Shown here in pieces: positions 32,709 through 41,294 of a stretch of DNA of 64,000 nucleotides; position 1 is the stretch's first letter; each line of letters opens with the position of its first letter. This DNA is from an uncultured delta proteobacterium. GTDB taxonomy: Bacteria > Myxococcota_A > Polyangia > Fen-1088. The stretch is taken from NCBI GenBank assembly GCA_963796685.1, contig CAWCMR010000025.1, positions 2,048,001 to 2,112,000 of the forward strand, in the 5' to 3' direction. The notes below the pieces were generated by a model that saw only the letters and a program-made list of their open reading frames with translations, did no database searches and was not told where the DNA came from. The position numbers and the translations under genes were made by a program.

Positions 32709-33875
32709 ATGGTGGCTATGTATACACGGACGCTAGGGCTCCCAGAAAGCTCGTTCTTCCTCTTCGGTCCGCGCGGGACCGGGAAGACGACCTGGTTGCG
32801 GCAGCAACTCGGGGCCGCTCGCCGGTACGACCTCTTGCTTGAACGGGAGCATCTGCGACTGTTGCGTGACCAGGAGGTGTTTCACCAGGAGGTCGAGGCG
32901 CTAAAGTCAGGGTCTTGGGTAGTCGTCGACGAGGTCCAGCGTATGCCGGCCCTACTCGACGAGGTCCAGGACATCATCAGTCGGCATGGCAAGCATATAC
33001 GCTTCGCACTGACTGGTTCAAGTGCGCGGAAGCTGAAGCGGGGACAGGCAAATCTACTGGCGGCCCGAGTGATCAATCGGCGCTTCTTCCCCTTGACTGC
33101 GTCGGAAATGGGCGACGAGTTTAGCATCGACGAGGTTCTTCAATTCGGAACCCTGCCCGCGGTAGCAGCCGAAACGGAGGCAAGGGCGAAGGTCGACCTG
33201 CTCGACGCGTACGTGGAAAACTATATCGGGCAGGAGATCCGCGCCGAGGCCGCGGCCAAGCGACTCGATTCCTTCACGCGCTTCATGGTCATCGCCGCAT
33301 TGGCGAATGCTCAGGTCACCAACGTGGCAGCGATTGCGCGCGATGCGGCAGTGGCAAGACCCACGGTCAACGGTTACTTCGACATTCTGGTGGATACGCT
33401 GATCGGCACTTGGCTGCCGGCTTGGCGTCCACGCGCCAAGGTCAAGGAGGTGGCTCACCCGAAGTTCTTCTTCTTCGACAGCGGCGTTGCGCGCGCCATG
33501 GCGAGCCGACTGCGCGAGCCCTTGGAAAGCGCCGAGAAGGGCCACCTCTTCGAAACCTACATCTTGCATGAGCTTCGTGCCCGGATGAACCAAGCCGGTA
33601 CCGGCGGCGAATTCGGCTACTGGCGCACGCCTTCAGGAACGGAGATCGATTTTGTCTGGACCCGTGGTGGTCGCTCGGTCGGTATCGAGGTCAAGAGCAG
33701 CAACCGGTGGAAGTCGGAGTACTCGCGTGCGCTTGCCGAGCTTTTCGGCGAAGGCGCTCTGAGCTCGGCATTCGGCGTCTATCTGGGCGAGCACGAGATC
33801 AAGGATCGCGGTATCCGCGTGCTGCCACTCGCAGCATTTCTGCAAGCGCTAGCGGCGGGCGAGGTGATCGGCTGA
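32709..33875 (+). CDS. AAA_14 ATPase with DUF4143 (PD-(D/E)xK-like) C-terminus
   Basis: GPRGTGKTT, VVDEVQR, LTGSSARKL, HPKFFFFDSG, YWRT..G.EIDF...IEVK. Confidence 0.9.
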   Translation: MVAMYTRTLGLPESSFFLFGPRGTGKTTWLRQQLGAARRYDLLLEREHLRLLRDQEVFHQEVEALKSGSWVVVDEVQRMPALLDEVQDIISRHGKHIRFALTGSSARKLKRGQANLLAARVINRRFFPLTASEMGDEFSIDEVLQFGTLPAVAAETEARAKVDLLDAYVENYIGQEIRAEAAAKRLDSFTRFMVIAALANAQVTNVAAIARDAAVARPTVNGYFDILVDTLIGTWLPAWRPRAKVKEVAHPKFFFFDSGVARAMASRLREPLESAEKGHLFETYILHELRARMNQAGTGGEFGYWRTPSGTEIDFVWTRGGRSVGIEVKSSNRWKSEYSRALAELFGEGALSSAFGVYLGEHEIKDRGIRVLPLAAFLQALAAGEVIG

Positions 33876-34130
33876 CCGGGAGGTAGACTTCCAAGCCCGC
33901 AAGCGGGCATTGGCCGGCTCTTGAATCAACGTGCCGTGGCGCGCTCAGAAAACGAGCCCTTCAGGTGTCACCAGGACCCAGGCCCGTGCAACCCACCCAC
34001 CCACGACTACCCAGTGTGGGGATTTGCGATCACGCTAATAGCCGCGGTTCCAGAGGAGTCCTCGCGTGGGCAAGGATAGAATTATGGCGCTCCTGGCCCC
34101 GAGCTGCCTACTGGATTGCTCGTACCTATA

Positions 34131-34159
34131 TTGCATTAACTTAGCACTAGAGATATCTT
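34131..34159 (+). promoter_or_regulatory. Sigma70 promoter giving a leaderless abiEi transcript
   Basis: TTGCAT-17-TATCTT; GTG start 6 nt downstream; no RBS. Confidence 0.6.
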
Positions 34160-34165
34160 ACTGCC

Positions 34166-34801
34166 GTGAGATTTGATGCGCTTCTGGCGCTGGTTGCTGA
34201 CGAACCTGTGTTCGCTTCCGCCCTTCTGCTGGCCGGGGACGTGTCAGCTGCGCAGGTGCGTCTGCAGCTGTCGCGCTGGGTGAAAGCTGGCCGGTTGCTT
34301 CGACTCCGCCGCGGGCTCTATGCATTGGCGCCGACGTGGCGGAAGGTGGAGCCGCACCCGTTCCTTGTGGCGAACCGGCTCCAGCGAGGATCCTACGTGA
34401 GCCTGCAGTCGGCCCTCGCTTTTTACGGGGTCATTCCCGAGCATGTGCCGGTGGTGACCAGCGTCGGGCAGGGGCGCCCAGAAACGCTACACAATCCTCT
34501 GGGTGGATTTCAGTTCAACCACCTCACCGGGACGCTCTTCCTCGGCTATTCAAGGATGGAGGTTGCCGCCCGACAGTTCGCCTTCGTGGCCTCGCCGGAG
34601 AAGGCCCTGCTTGATCTCGTTTACCTCACCCCAGGCGCAGATTCCCAGGACTACCTCCGAGAGCTTCGCCTGCAGAGCTCGGAGGCGATGGACGTGTCGA
34701 CGCTGGACGAGCTTGCGCGGCGAAGCGGCAAAGCCAAACTGGTCAGGGCAGCCCGACTCGTCGAGAGCCTATTCTCGGTGGCGGAGGGAGACTCACTATG
34801 A
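34166..34801 (+). CDS. abiEi: Type IV TA antitoxin AbiEi
   Basis: QLSRWVKAG.LLRLRRGLY, SYVSLQSALAFYGVIPE, ASPEKALLD. Confidence 0.88.
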   Translation: MRFDALLALVADEPVFASALLLAGDVSAAQVRLQLSRWVKAGRLLRLRRGLYALAPTWRKVEPHPFLVANRLQRGSYVSLQSALAFYGVIPEHVPVVTSVGQGRPETLHNPLGGFQFNHLTGTLFLGYSRMEVAARQFAFVASPEKALLDLVYLTPGADSQDYLRELRLQSSEAMDVSTLDELARRSGKAKLVRAARLVESLFSVAEGDSL

Positions 34802-35604
34802 AGGAGTATCTGCGGCAACTGACCGCACAGGCGGACAACGACCTTGCCCGCGGGTGTTTGGCTCGTGAGTATCTTCAAGCGCGCGTCCTCGAGTCGTTGC
34901 AAGACGAAGGCGTGTTTTTGCGCTGGGCCTTCGTGGGCGGCACCGCGTTGCGATTCCTGTTCGCCATTCCGAGGTTCTCGGAGGATCTGGACTTTTCCGT
35001 ACCCTCGCCGGGGGCCGACCCTGGCTTCAGGCCGATCTTGACCGTGCTCAAGCGGGTCTTCGAACGCGAAGGCTACCGGATCGAGGTCAAGGTCAGCGAA
35101 CACAGGACGGTGGCCACGGCGTGGGTGAAGTTTCCCGGACTGCCGCATGAGCTTGGTCTGTCGCCACGTGCGACCCAGACCCTTTCCATCAAGGTCGAAT
35201 TGGACAAGAACCCACCAGCGGGAGCGGGTATCGAAACCTCGGTCGTTCGCCGGCACGTGACCCTGCACCTCTGCCATCATGACAAGCCTTCGCTCCTGGC
35301 GGGAAAGCTCCACGCCATCCTGAACCGCCCCTGGACCAAGGGCCGCGATCTCTACGACCTCGTTTGGTATTTGGCGGATCGCACCTGGCCAGCGCCCAAC
35401 CTGGACATGCTCAACTCCGCATTGGCGCAGACCGCCTGGAAAGGCGCCGTCATGACGGCAACCAACTGGCGGGAAGAAATCCGCAAGCGGACGAACATGC
35501 TCGACTGGGAACACGCTCGCGCCGACGTGAGGCCATTCCTGGAGCGGGAACGCGACCTCGATCTGGTGACCAGGGAAGTCCTGAGCAAACTGTTGGGCAG
35601 CTAA
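34798..35604 (+). CDS. abiEii: Type IV TA toxin AbiEii nucleotidyltransferase
   Basis: REYLQ, FVGGTALR, RFSEDLDF, AGKLHA, KGRDLYDL; ATGA overlap with abiEi. Confidence 0.92.
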   Translation: MKEYLRQLTAQADNDLARGCLAREYLQARVLESLQDEGVFLRWAFVGGTALRFLFAIPRFSEDLDFSVPSPGADPGFRPILTVLKRVFEREGYRIEVKVSEHRTVATAWVKFPGLPHELGLSPRATQTLSIKVELDKNPPAGAGIETSVVRRHVTLHLCHHDKPSLLAGKLHAILNRPWTKGRDLYDLVWYLADRTWPAPNLDMLNSALAQTAWKGAVMTATNWREEIRKRTNMLDWEHARADVRPFLERERDLDLVTREVLSKLLGS

Positions 35605-35779
35605 GGTCACAGCCGGTGGCGCGCCGGGCGCCCAGGCAGTTGTGCACGCGGGACGCACGGGACACCCACCACGGGACGGCCCTTCCTGGAAGTTTTCCTG
35701 CCCCCACAAGACGACGTTGCAATCGCGCTCATAGAGTCTGCGCGCGCCTGGGCGCCACAGGTTCTCCCTGCCTTGCTTT

Positions 35780-35952
35780 TCAGCCAGTCGGTGGGCAGAT
35801 GAGCGGAATCGCCTCACGCTTGTTCCGCCGGTAGATGCGGAAGTCCTTCCGATCGACGGTGATCACCGGCAGCTTGGGATGGAGCTCGCTCATGCGGATT
35901 AGACAAAGATCCGCAAAGTCGGGGTTGCGATCGGCGTAGCGCGCGGCCAAGG
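35780..35952 (-). pseudogene. C-terminal half of a PIN/VapC toxin, 5'-truncated
   Basis: Manual translation LAARYADRNPDFADLCLIRMSELHPKLPVITVDRKDFRIYRRNK / REAIPLICPPTG*; no start codon; ends at the AGACCTATTGG repeat. Confidence 0.7.
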
Positions 35953-35954
35953 TC

Positions 35955-36075
35955 AGACCTATTGGCTAGCCCGCGGGGGAGGTGCCAGAGACCTGGGAGA
36001 GCGAGCCCTGAGGTGGTGCCAGAGACCGATTGCCCGAGGAGTAGGCGAAGGCCTGCCGGACATCTCTGGACACCT
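35955..36075. repeat. Cluster of GGTGCCAGAGACC repeats
   Basis: Half copy 35955-35965, copies 35978-35994 and 36015-36032, degenerate inverted copy 36063-36075. Confidence 0.75.
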
Positions 36076-36136
36076 ACTGTCCCGACGATTCAGAATGGCC
36101 CACCCCGCGCCTTTCGAACCCACCTCCATGGTCCGT

Positions 36137-36592
36137 CTACTGGAGGAGACGCCGATCAAAGACGAAGTCGGTGGGTGGTCGAAGGTGAATCTCAGAAAAG
36201 TCGGGGTGTTTAGGATTGATCAGAAAATTCACCTCATCAGGAACGATTGCACTCGGCACCGCAAGGATAACTGAATCGCCTGCGTTGACCCAGTCATCGC
36301 CAAGGCGCTGCAGAGACAGCGGCGGTGGTTCGTGTTGCCAGTCCTTCGGGAGCTGCTGGGCAGGAAAGGTTCTCATCAACGCTTCATCGAAGTCGAAGGC
36401 GAACAACTTGTAGGGAGCCGTCGGCGCGATGTGAACGCGAACCTCGAGCACAGCAAGAGATTGGTGTTCGCTGGAATAGATTATCGGTACTCCGACGGAG
36501 TTCCATCGCCCGCCGTACCGCCTCGCCCCTTCACCGTCGAAAGCCGTCTTCTCTTGAGGTGCGGGCACCAGGCGCCAACCGGTACGTATCAA
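36137..36592 (-). CDS. RES-domain toxin (NAD+ phosphorylase)
   Basis: DGEGARRYGGRWNS.G, SLAVLE..VH, VPSAIVP.E.N.LINP.HPDF. Confidence 0.92.
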   Translation of the reverse strand: MIRTGWRLVPAPQEKTAFDGEGARRYGGRWNSVGVPIIYSSEHQSLAVLEVRVHIAPTAPYKLFAFDFDEALMRTFPAQQLPKDWQHEPPPLSLQRLGDDWVNAGDSVILAVPSAIVPDEVNFLINPKHPDFSEIHLRPPTDFVFDRRLLQ

Positions 36593-37200
36593 GTATAGAC
36601 TCCGTACTCGATTCTGCCCAAAAGGTTCTCAACCTCGCGCGCACCAACTTCGCTTTTTGCATAGTCGAGGGGCACGGCACCCGCGAGACCGAGTTGGGGA
36701 GAGTTGAGCCATTTGTTTGCGTCGTCCTTGCTTCCGAGGACCTTGATCGCCTTGCTGAGCAGCAAGGCGAAGCGAACAACACGATCTGAAACCAAGGGGG
36801 TAAGATTGGACCCCGTGGTCTTGCGACGGTGGAACGTCGTCTTGGACAGGCCGACGAGGGGGAGAAGCCTTTCCGATGAGACGTCGAGACTGTCCTGGAG
36901 AACGGTCAATTCGGACTCTGGTAGGCCAGCTTCGGTGGCTTCGACTTGTAGAGAGATGGGGACGTCATGGGTTGGACCGCGTCCCATCGCAGTGTCTAGA
37001 TAGAATTGGACTACGCCTTGGCGAAGCTTGACGTGGACTGAGACCTTGCGACGGCTGGGCGTCGCTGCTTTCTTGGCAAGCCGGTGGGCTTCCCTGGTGG
37101 ACGCACCGAGAAAGCCACACCGGGTGTCCGTCGGAGTTTTCTTGGGAGACGCCCGAAGTGGAGCTTTCTTGGCACGCGCCGCTGTCGAGGTGGTTTTCAT
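36589..37200 (-). CDS. Xre/MbcA/ParS antitoxin
   Basis: TFHRRK, SDRVVR, WL..P..GL.G..PLD....E.GAREVE.LLGRIEYGV. Confidence 0.9.
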   Translation of the reverse strand: MKTTSTAARAKKAPLRASPKKTPTDTRCGFLGASTREAHRLAKKAATPSRRKVSVHVKLRQGVVQFYLDTAMGRGPTHDVPISLQVEATEAGLPESELTVLQDSLDVSSERLLPLVGLSKTTFHRRKTTGSNLTPLVSDRVVRFALLLSKAIKVLGSKDDANKWLNSPQLGLAGAVPLDYAKSEVGAREVENLLGRIEYGVYT

Positions 37201-37209
37201 TTGACACTA

Positions 37210-37238
37210 ATGATAGTTGCATTTGGTACGTCTGGCAA
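37210..37238 (-). promoter_or_regulatory. Sigma70 promoter of the xre-res operon
   Basis: Minus strand TTGCCA-17-TATCAT, 9 nt before ATG 37200. Confidence 0.6.
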
Positions 37239-37273
37239 GCGTCGGATATTCGAGATTGTGGTTCAACTCCGGA

Positions 37274-37295
37274 GGAGGTGCCAGAGACCTATTGG
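37274..37295 (+). repeat. GGAGGTGCCAGAGACCTATTGG repeat copy
   Basis: Identical to 32000-32021; 16 nt upstream of the transposase leader. Confidence 0.85.
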
Positions 37296-37311
37296 TTAGC
37301 TGACGACAAAG

Positions 37312-37470
37312 CCCAGGGTACTTTTCCGCGCAACTTTCTGCTGCCGTTTCCGAAAAGCTATGCATGACACTCCCTCGTCAGGTCGCGTCCGGTCGTGTCT
37401 ACATGGTCATCCGCCGCTGCTCCGAGCCGCGCTCTTTCTTGCGCCCCGATGACTACAACAAAAGCCCCTA
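37312..37470 (+). pseudogene. Truncated N-terminus of a Y1/RAYT-like (IS200-type) transposase
   Basis: ATG 37364: MTLPRQVASGRVYMVIRRCSEPRSFLRPDD resembles the MxxPR...G..Y.ITRRC..R.F.LRP start of these transposases; no HUH or Tyr part follows. Confidence 0.6.
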
Positions 37471-37487
37471 CGGCTGCCCGGATCCCT

Positions 37488-39119
37488 CTACCGCGGAATG
37501 CTCTTTCCCGCGGAGGCTTCGATCTTCCTGAAGTCCTCGATGTGGGCCAGGAAGACGCGCACGATGTCGGGGTCGAATTGGGTGCCGCTACAGCGTTCCA
37601 TCTCGCCGCAGGCGATGACGTGGGGCAGGGCTTTGCGGTAGGCGCGGTCGGTGGTCATGGCGTCGTAGGCGTCGGCCACGGCGACGATGCGACCGATGGT
37701 GGGGATGCGCTCGGCTTGCAGGCCTTGCGGGTACCCCGAGCCGTCCCAGGCCTCGTGGTGGCAGTAGCAGCCTGGCACGATGTCGCGCATGAACGGGATG
37801 GGCTCTAGGATGCGGCGGCCCTTGGCCGGGTGCGAGCGGAACATGGCCAGCTCTTCGGGGGTCAGCTTGCCGGGCTTGTTGAGGCGGTCGTTGCGAATGC
37901 CGATCTTGCCCACGTCGTGCAGCAGACCGGACTTGACCACGGTTTCGATCTCCTCGCTCGGCAATCGCATGCCCACGGCGATGAGGCGCGCGTAGGTGGC
38001 CACGCGCTCGGAATGGCCGCGGGTGTAGCGGTCGGATTCTTCCAAGGCGTGGGCGAAGCCGATGATGGTCTGCTTGAAGTTCTCTTCCAGCGAAATGTTG
38101 GCGTGGACCAGGTCTTCGTTGGCGTCGACCAGGCTTTCGTACAGGCGCGCGTTCTCGATGGAGACCGCGGCGCGGCTGCCGAGCACGTACAGCATCTTGC
38201 GCTGGCCCTCGCTGAATTTGGCACCCTTGGTGTAGCTGTAGGCGTTCAGCATGCCGATGGTGCGGCCCTTGAGCTTGAGCGGAATGGAACAGAAGCTCAC
38301 CAGGCGCTTTTCGGGCGGGCCTGACAGAAAACGAAAGGCGCGCGACCCGTGCACCAGCAGGGGCTTGTCTTCTTGCAGAAGCGGCAGCACCTCGTTGAAG
38401 TTGAGCGGCGGCGCGGGCTCGCTGGCCTCGAGGCGAGGCGAGACCTTGCGCGCGTGCTCGATGAAGGCGCCGGGCAGGTCGCTGGCGTGGCGTGCGTCGC
38501 CCGGACGTTCCAGCATCAGGTTGACGATGTCGGCGTCCACCGCGTCCAGCACGGCGTCGAGCACGAGGTCGAGCACCTTCTCGACGGACAGCGAGGTCGC
38601 GATGGCCTCGCTGATCTTGTAGATGGAAAGCGCGTCCTTGAGGCGGAGGTTCTCGTGTTGCAGGCGCTGGCGGTCGAGCCCGCGCTTGACGATGTGGATG
38701 ACCTCCTCGACTTTGAAGGGCTTGAGGATGTAGTCGTACGCCCCGTGCTTCATGGCCTCGATGGCGGTCTCCACCGTGCCGAAGCCGGTCATGATCACCG
38801 TCAGCACCGGAATCCCGAGCTCGGTGATCTTCTCGATGAGATCGAGCCCGTTCATCTTGGGCATCTTGAGGTCGGAGATGACCAGGTTGTAGCTGCGCTT
38901 TTGCAGCTCCTCCAAGGCCTGCACGCCGTCCTCGACGGTGCGCACCACGTAGCCTTCCAGGCCGAGAAAGTCCGACAGGATCTCGCGGATCACGCGCTCG
39001 TCGTCGACCACCAGGATGCGCGGGCTATCCGGGTTGAAGGTGTACTCGAGTCGCTGGCTTACGGCGCCAAGCTCGTCGGAGCTCTCCTCGGGTGTGCTGC
39101 CTAGAGGGGTCGTGGTCAT
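37488..39119 (-). CDS. REC-GAF-HD-GYP cyclic di-GMP phosphodiesterase
   Basis: ILVVDDE...SDLKMP; YTRGHSERV, LLHDVGK, HHEAWDGSGYP, ADAYDAMTTDRAYR. Confidence 0.93.
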   Translation of the reverse strand: MTTTPLGSTPEESSDELGAVSQRLEYTFNPDSPRILVVDDERVIREILSDFLGLEGYVVRTVEDGVQALEELQKRSYNLVISDLKMPKMNGLDLIEKITELGIPVLTVIMTGFGTVETAIEAMKHGAYDYILKPFKVEEVIHIVKRGLDRQRLQHENLRLKDALSIYKISEAIATSLSVEKVLDLVLDAVLDAVDADIVNLMLERPGDARHASDLPGAFIEHARKVSPRLEASEPAPPLNFNEVLPLLQEDKPLLVHGSRAFRFLSGPPEKRLVSFCSIPLKLKGRTIGMLNAYSYTKGAKFSEGQRKMLYVLGSRAAVSIENARLYESLVDANEDLVHANISLEENFKQTIIGFAHALEESDRYTRGHSERVATYARLIAVGMRLPSEEIETVVKSGLLHDVGKIGIRNDRLNKPGKLTPEELAMFRSHPAKGRRILEPIPFMRDIVPGCYCHHEAWDGSGYPQGLQAERIPTIGRIVAVADAYDAMTTDRAYRKALPHVIACGEMERCSGTQFDPDIVRVFLAHIEDFRKIEASAGKSIPR

Positions 39120-39144
39120 TCGATCAAGCTCGATAGACCTGAGT

Positions 39145-40815
39145 CTACCTCAAAGACACGCGGGCGAAGAACTCGTCCAGCTTTTCCCTGCGAGCCGGGT
39201 CGAGGTAATCGAAATTGACGCCACGGTCCGTAACCTCCCAGAATTGCCTGTCGTTCACGGCAACCAGCTCGGCCCGAATCGAGGCCATACGCTCCGGTTT
39301 CTCGCCGCGCATGTCGGCGCAAATGCGGTCGGCCTGGGGCAGGGCGCCCTTGGACAGGTAGAAGGTCGCCAACCTGATCTGGGCCTTGCGCACGCCGCGC
39401 AGGGTTGATTCCTGGGCATGGGTCTCCGCTTCCTTGTCGACCTCCAGGAAGATGTTCAGCAACGTGTCATGGCAAGCGATATCCTGGGTGTACGTGCGCT
39501 CGCACAGCACCGCCAGGTCGTGGGCCGCGGTTTCGGTGACGAAGCCCAGATCCGCCTTCTGCGCGGTTTGGCCGTAGTAGGCGAGGCAGCGGCCGATCTC
39601 CATCACCAGATCGCCGAAGCCCTGGGGAGGTTTCGCTTCCTTTCCGCCTTCGCCCACGCGATGTCCCTTGCGCAGGATGTGCTCGGCCAGCATTCGGTAC
39701 TGGTGCAGGATGTTGTAGCAGGCGCGCACGTCGCGCTGGTTGAGGGCGCTGCGCAGGTAGGTGTTGAAGTAGCGGATGGCCAGCACCATGACTTCGCGGT
39801 CGCCGTGGCGCAGGGCCTCTTCGGCAATGTAGCGGGTCTCGATGGCCACCACATGGGCGAGCTCGGGCAGGTGGTCGAGGGCTTCGGAAAAAACGCTGCG
39901 GAAGTGGTGCAGCACCTTCCACTCGACCCAAGTCCTGTTGCCTTCGAGCGCGTGTAGCGAGTCCGGCGTGAGCGCGATGAAATCGGGGTTACCGTGGAGG
40001 CGCGACCCGAGGACGAACCACTCCGCCGGCAAGGCGGCCTTCTCCTCGAGGAACCTGACCGCGAACTCGCGCAGGGCCGTGACCGCGCCGGTGGCGATGA
40101 TCTTGTCCTTTTGGGCCGCCGTGTTCACCGCGATGTCCGACAGGTGTTCCAGGCCGGCCACGCAGCTCGCCTGGCGCACGTCCAGGTCGTGACGATCGCG
40201 GCGCGCTACCCCGCGCGCCAACACGGCGTCCAGCACCTGCTGCCCAATGCGCGTGATGACCTTCTCGGGATCGAGGAACGCGAACACGTAGGCGAAATAG
40301 GGGATGAGCAAGAGCAGGCTGGCGGTCACCACCACCGTGGTCATGGCCACCGTGGCCCGCGGCACGAAACCGCTGGTGACCACGATGCTGACCCACACCG
40401 CGTTGATGCAGGCCACGACGAAGAAGCCCATGATGGCCAGGTTCTTCTTGTCGCGGAAAAACATCTCGGCGATACGCGGGGTATACCGGGTTGCGGCGAG
40501 CTGGACGACAATGGACACCACGGTGATGGCGATGCCGAGCACGGCCACCACCACCTGGGCCAAGCTGCCGAGGGCGTTCTGCAGCGTCTCGGCGTCGAGA
40601 TCCACCAGCAATCGCCAGGCCCCGAGGTGCTCGGCCGCGGGTGTGCGCCGGCCGAAAAACGCCACGTCGAGCAGCCAGAAGACGGCGAAAAGGACGAGCG
40701 ACAGCGCCAGCAGGATGCCGATGCCCGAGGGAAAGCGCGGACGCCACCTTGGCGGGGTGGCCGAAATCGCCGGCGCGCCGCCGACCGTGCTGCTGCGTGG
40801 CTGATCGCGTTTCAC
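39145..40815 (-). CDS. DUF2254-like membrane protein
   Basis: TM segments with VVQLAATRYTPRI; helical cytoplasmic domain. Start uncertain. Confidence 0.7.
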   Translation of the reverse strand: MKRDQPRSSTVGGAPAISATPPRWRPRFPSGIGILLALSLVLFAVFWLLDVAFFGRRTPAAEHLGAWRLLVDLDAETLQNALGSLAQVVVAVLGIAITVVSIVVQLAATRYTPRIAEMFFRDKKNLAIMGFFVVACINAVWVSIVVTSGFVPRATVAMTTVVVTASLLLLIPYFAYVFAFLDPEKVITRIGQQVLDAVLARGVARRDRHDLDVRQASCVAGLEHLSDIAVNTAAQKDKIIATGAVTALREFAVRFLEEKAALPAEWFVLGSRLHGNPDFIALTPDSLHALEGNRTWVEWKVLHHFRSVFSEALDHLPELAHVVAIETRYIAEEALRHGDREVMVLAIRYFNTYLRSALNQRDVRACYNILHQYRMLAEHILRKGHRVGEGGKEAKPPQGFGDLVMEIGRCLAYYGQTAQKADLGFVTETAAHDLAVLCERTYTQDIACHDTLLNIFLEVDKEAETHAQESTLRGVRKAQIRLATFYLSKGALPQADRICADMRGEKPERMASIRAELVAVNDRQFWEVTDRGVNFDYLDPARREKLDEFFARVSLR

Positions 40816-40910
40816 ACCCACCTCACCCCTAACGCATACCACGAGGCGTGGATGCGGAAAATGCGGCATTGAGATTCACGATCCCGCGACAACCGCAGAA
40901 GGCCATGTCT

Positions 40911-41175
40911 GCAGTCGCAGTCGCAGTCGCAGTCGCAGTCGCAGTCGTGGTCGTAGCCGTAGCCGTGGCCGTGGTCGTGGCCGTGGCCATGGCCGAGCAA
41001 CTACTCTGTTGGGCCGCCGATATTTGTGCACGTTCGGCTGCCAGAAACTTGATGTGTATCGTTGTGCCGTGATGTTCCTGGGCGTGGCCTCCACCCTCGC
41101 CGAGCGGCCGAGCGAGTCTCCCGCGGGCCCATAGTGTCCGGCCACGGCCACGGTGACGTCTACGGCCACGACTAC
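40911..41175. repeat. Inverted hexamer-microsatellite arms
   Basis: Left arm (GCAGTC)6 then GTGGTC/GTAGCC/GTGGCC units to 40994; complementary arm GGCCAC/GACTAC-type units at 41140-41175. Confidence 0.8.
41030..41136 (+). pseudogene. Four-helix-bundle (23S-IVP/Avd-like) protein N-terminal remnant
   Basis: Manual translation (ACG)FGCQKLDVYRCAVMFLGVASTLAER..; matches the F(Q/E)KLDVY family start; lies between the hexamer arms. Confidence 0.6.
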
Positions 41176-41294
41176 CCTTCGATGCCCTGCCCGGCGAGCT
41201 GCTATTCCCTTTGGACGTGGCTTCATCCAGGCACCCCACGGCCTCGCGGGATTAGGATTGTTCGTCCGTTCCACTGTACTATCCTCGAAGCGCC

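Noticed and set aside
31952-37470. Classical integron with attC cassettes
   Set aside because: No tyrosine integrase, and I could not identify RYYYAAC...GTTRRRY attC structures; genes lie in both orientations.
40812-41274. Small HD/CD/AT/RL-repeat proteins in the ORF track
   Set aside because: These are translations of the hexamer microsatellite in different frames.
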